A DNA stretch of 64,000 nucleotides from NCBI GenBank assembly GCA_973895155.1, contig OZ316895.1, positions 21,774,558-21,838,557 of the forward strand, in the 5' to 3' direction. A model generated the notes under the pieces. That model was not told the origin of the DNA, made no database searches, and worked only from the letters and a program-made list of their open reading frames with translations. This DNA is from Marsupella aquatica. Its lineage: Eukaryota; Plantae; Marchantiophyta. A program made the translations under genes and the position numbers. Of the stretch, positions 63,490 through 64,000 are shown piece after piece; the first letter of the stretch is position 1; the number at the start of each line of letters is the position of its first letter.

Positions 63490-64000
63490 CCTTGACATAT
63501 TTTTCTCATCTCGCCATTTTTTCTGACATTGACATTATCTCATGACAATTTTTTCTCACCCTCAACATCATTTAGGTCCTTGATATATTTTCTCACCTGA
63601 CTTGACATCTTTTCTCACCACAACATCTTTCCCTCACCCTCAACATATTTTCTCTCCTCAACGTCATTTTCTCACCTCACCATGTTTTTTCTCTCCTCAA
63701 CATCACCTTGACTTCTTTGTCTCACCTCAACATCTCTTTTTGTCATTGACATTTGTTTTCACCTCGAAATCTGACCTATTTCTCAACTTCACATTTTTAT
63801 CTCACCACAACATCTTTCCCTCACCCTCAACATCTTTTCCTCATCTTCACATATTTTTCTCACATCGCCATCTTTTCTCTCCTTGACATAGTTTTTGCTC
63901 TAATTATTTTTCTTAGCTCAACATCTCTTTTTCTCATCAACATCTTTGTTCACCTCGACATCTTTTTCTCACCTCCACTTCTTTTTCTCACTTCAACTTC
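63490..64000. repeat. Degenerate C/T-rich minisatellite, ~18-20-bp unit (TTTTCTCACCTCAACATC)
   Basis: Repeated TTTTTCTCACC(T/A)C(A/G)ACATC variants run to the window end. Confidence 0.85.

Overview
Eukaryotic, intron-rich land-plant genomic DNA. A bryophyte or liverwort origin is my inference from gene style and repeat content; it is not proven. The left half (1-35 kb) is host gene space. It holds an intronless AIG1/IAN-like GTPase, a ~20-exon P5CS (minus), a SETD3-like SET-domain methyltransferase (plus) and ORC6 (minus, with E2F-type sites upstream). Between these lie a tRNA-derived SINE with a 17-bp TSD, an intronic fold-back and small tandem repeats. The right half (35-64 kb) is a transposon block. 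A decayed Helitron (RepHel with introns, nonsense codons, a MITE insertion and a hairpin+CTAG 3' end at 51974) is preceded by apparent cargo: a ParB/Srx-like + beta-class N6A/N4C DNA-methyltransferase-like fusion gene, an FCP1/NIF-type HAD phosphatase and arrays of a 23-bp palindrome. A full-length young Ty1/copia element (266-bp LTRs, 5-bp TSD) carries an intact antisense ORF with an RNase H1 hybrid-binding (Cauli_VI) domain. A 5'-truncated RLE-type non-LTR retrotransposon follows. All domain calls come from motif recognition by eye; no searches were run.
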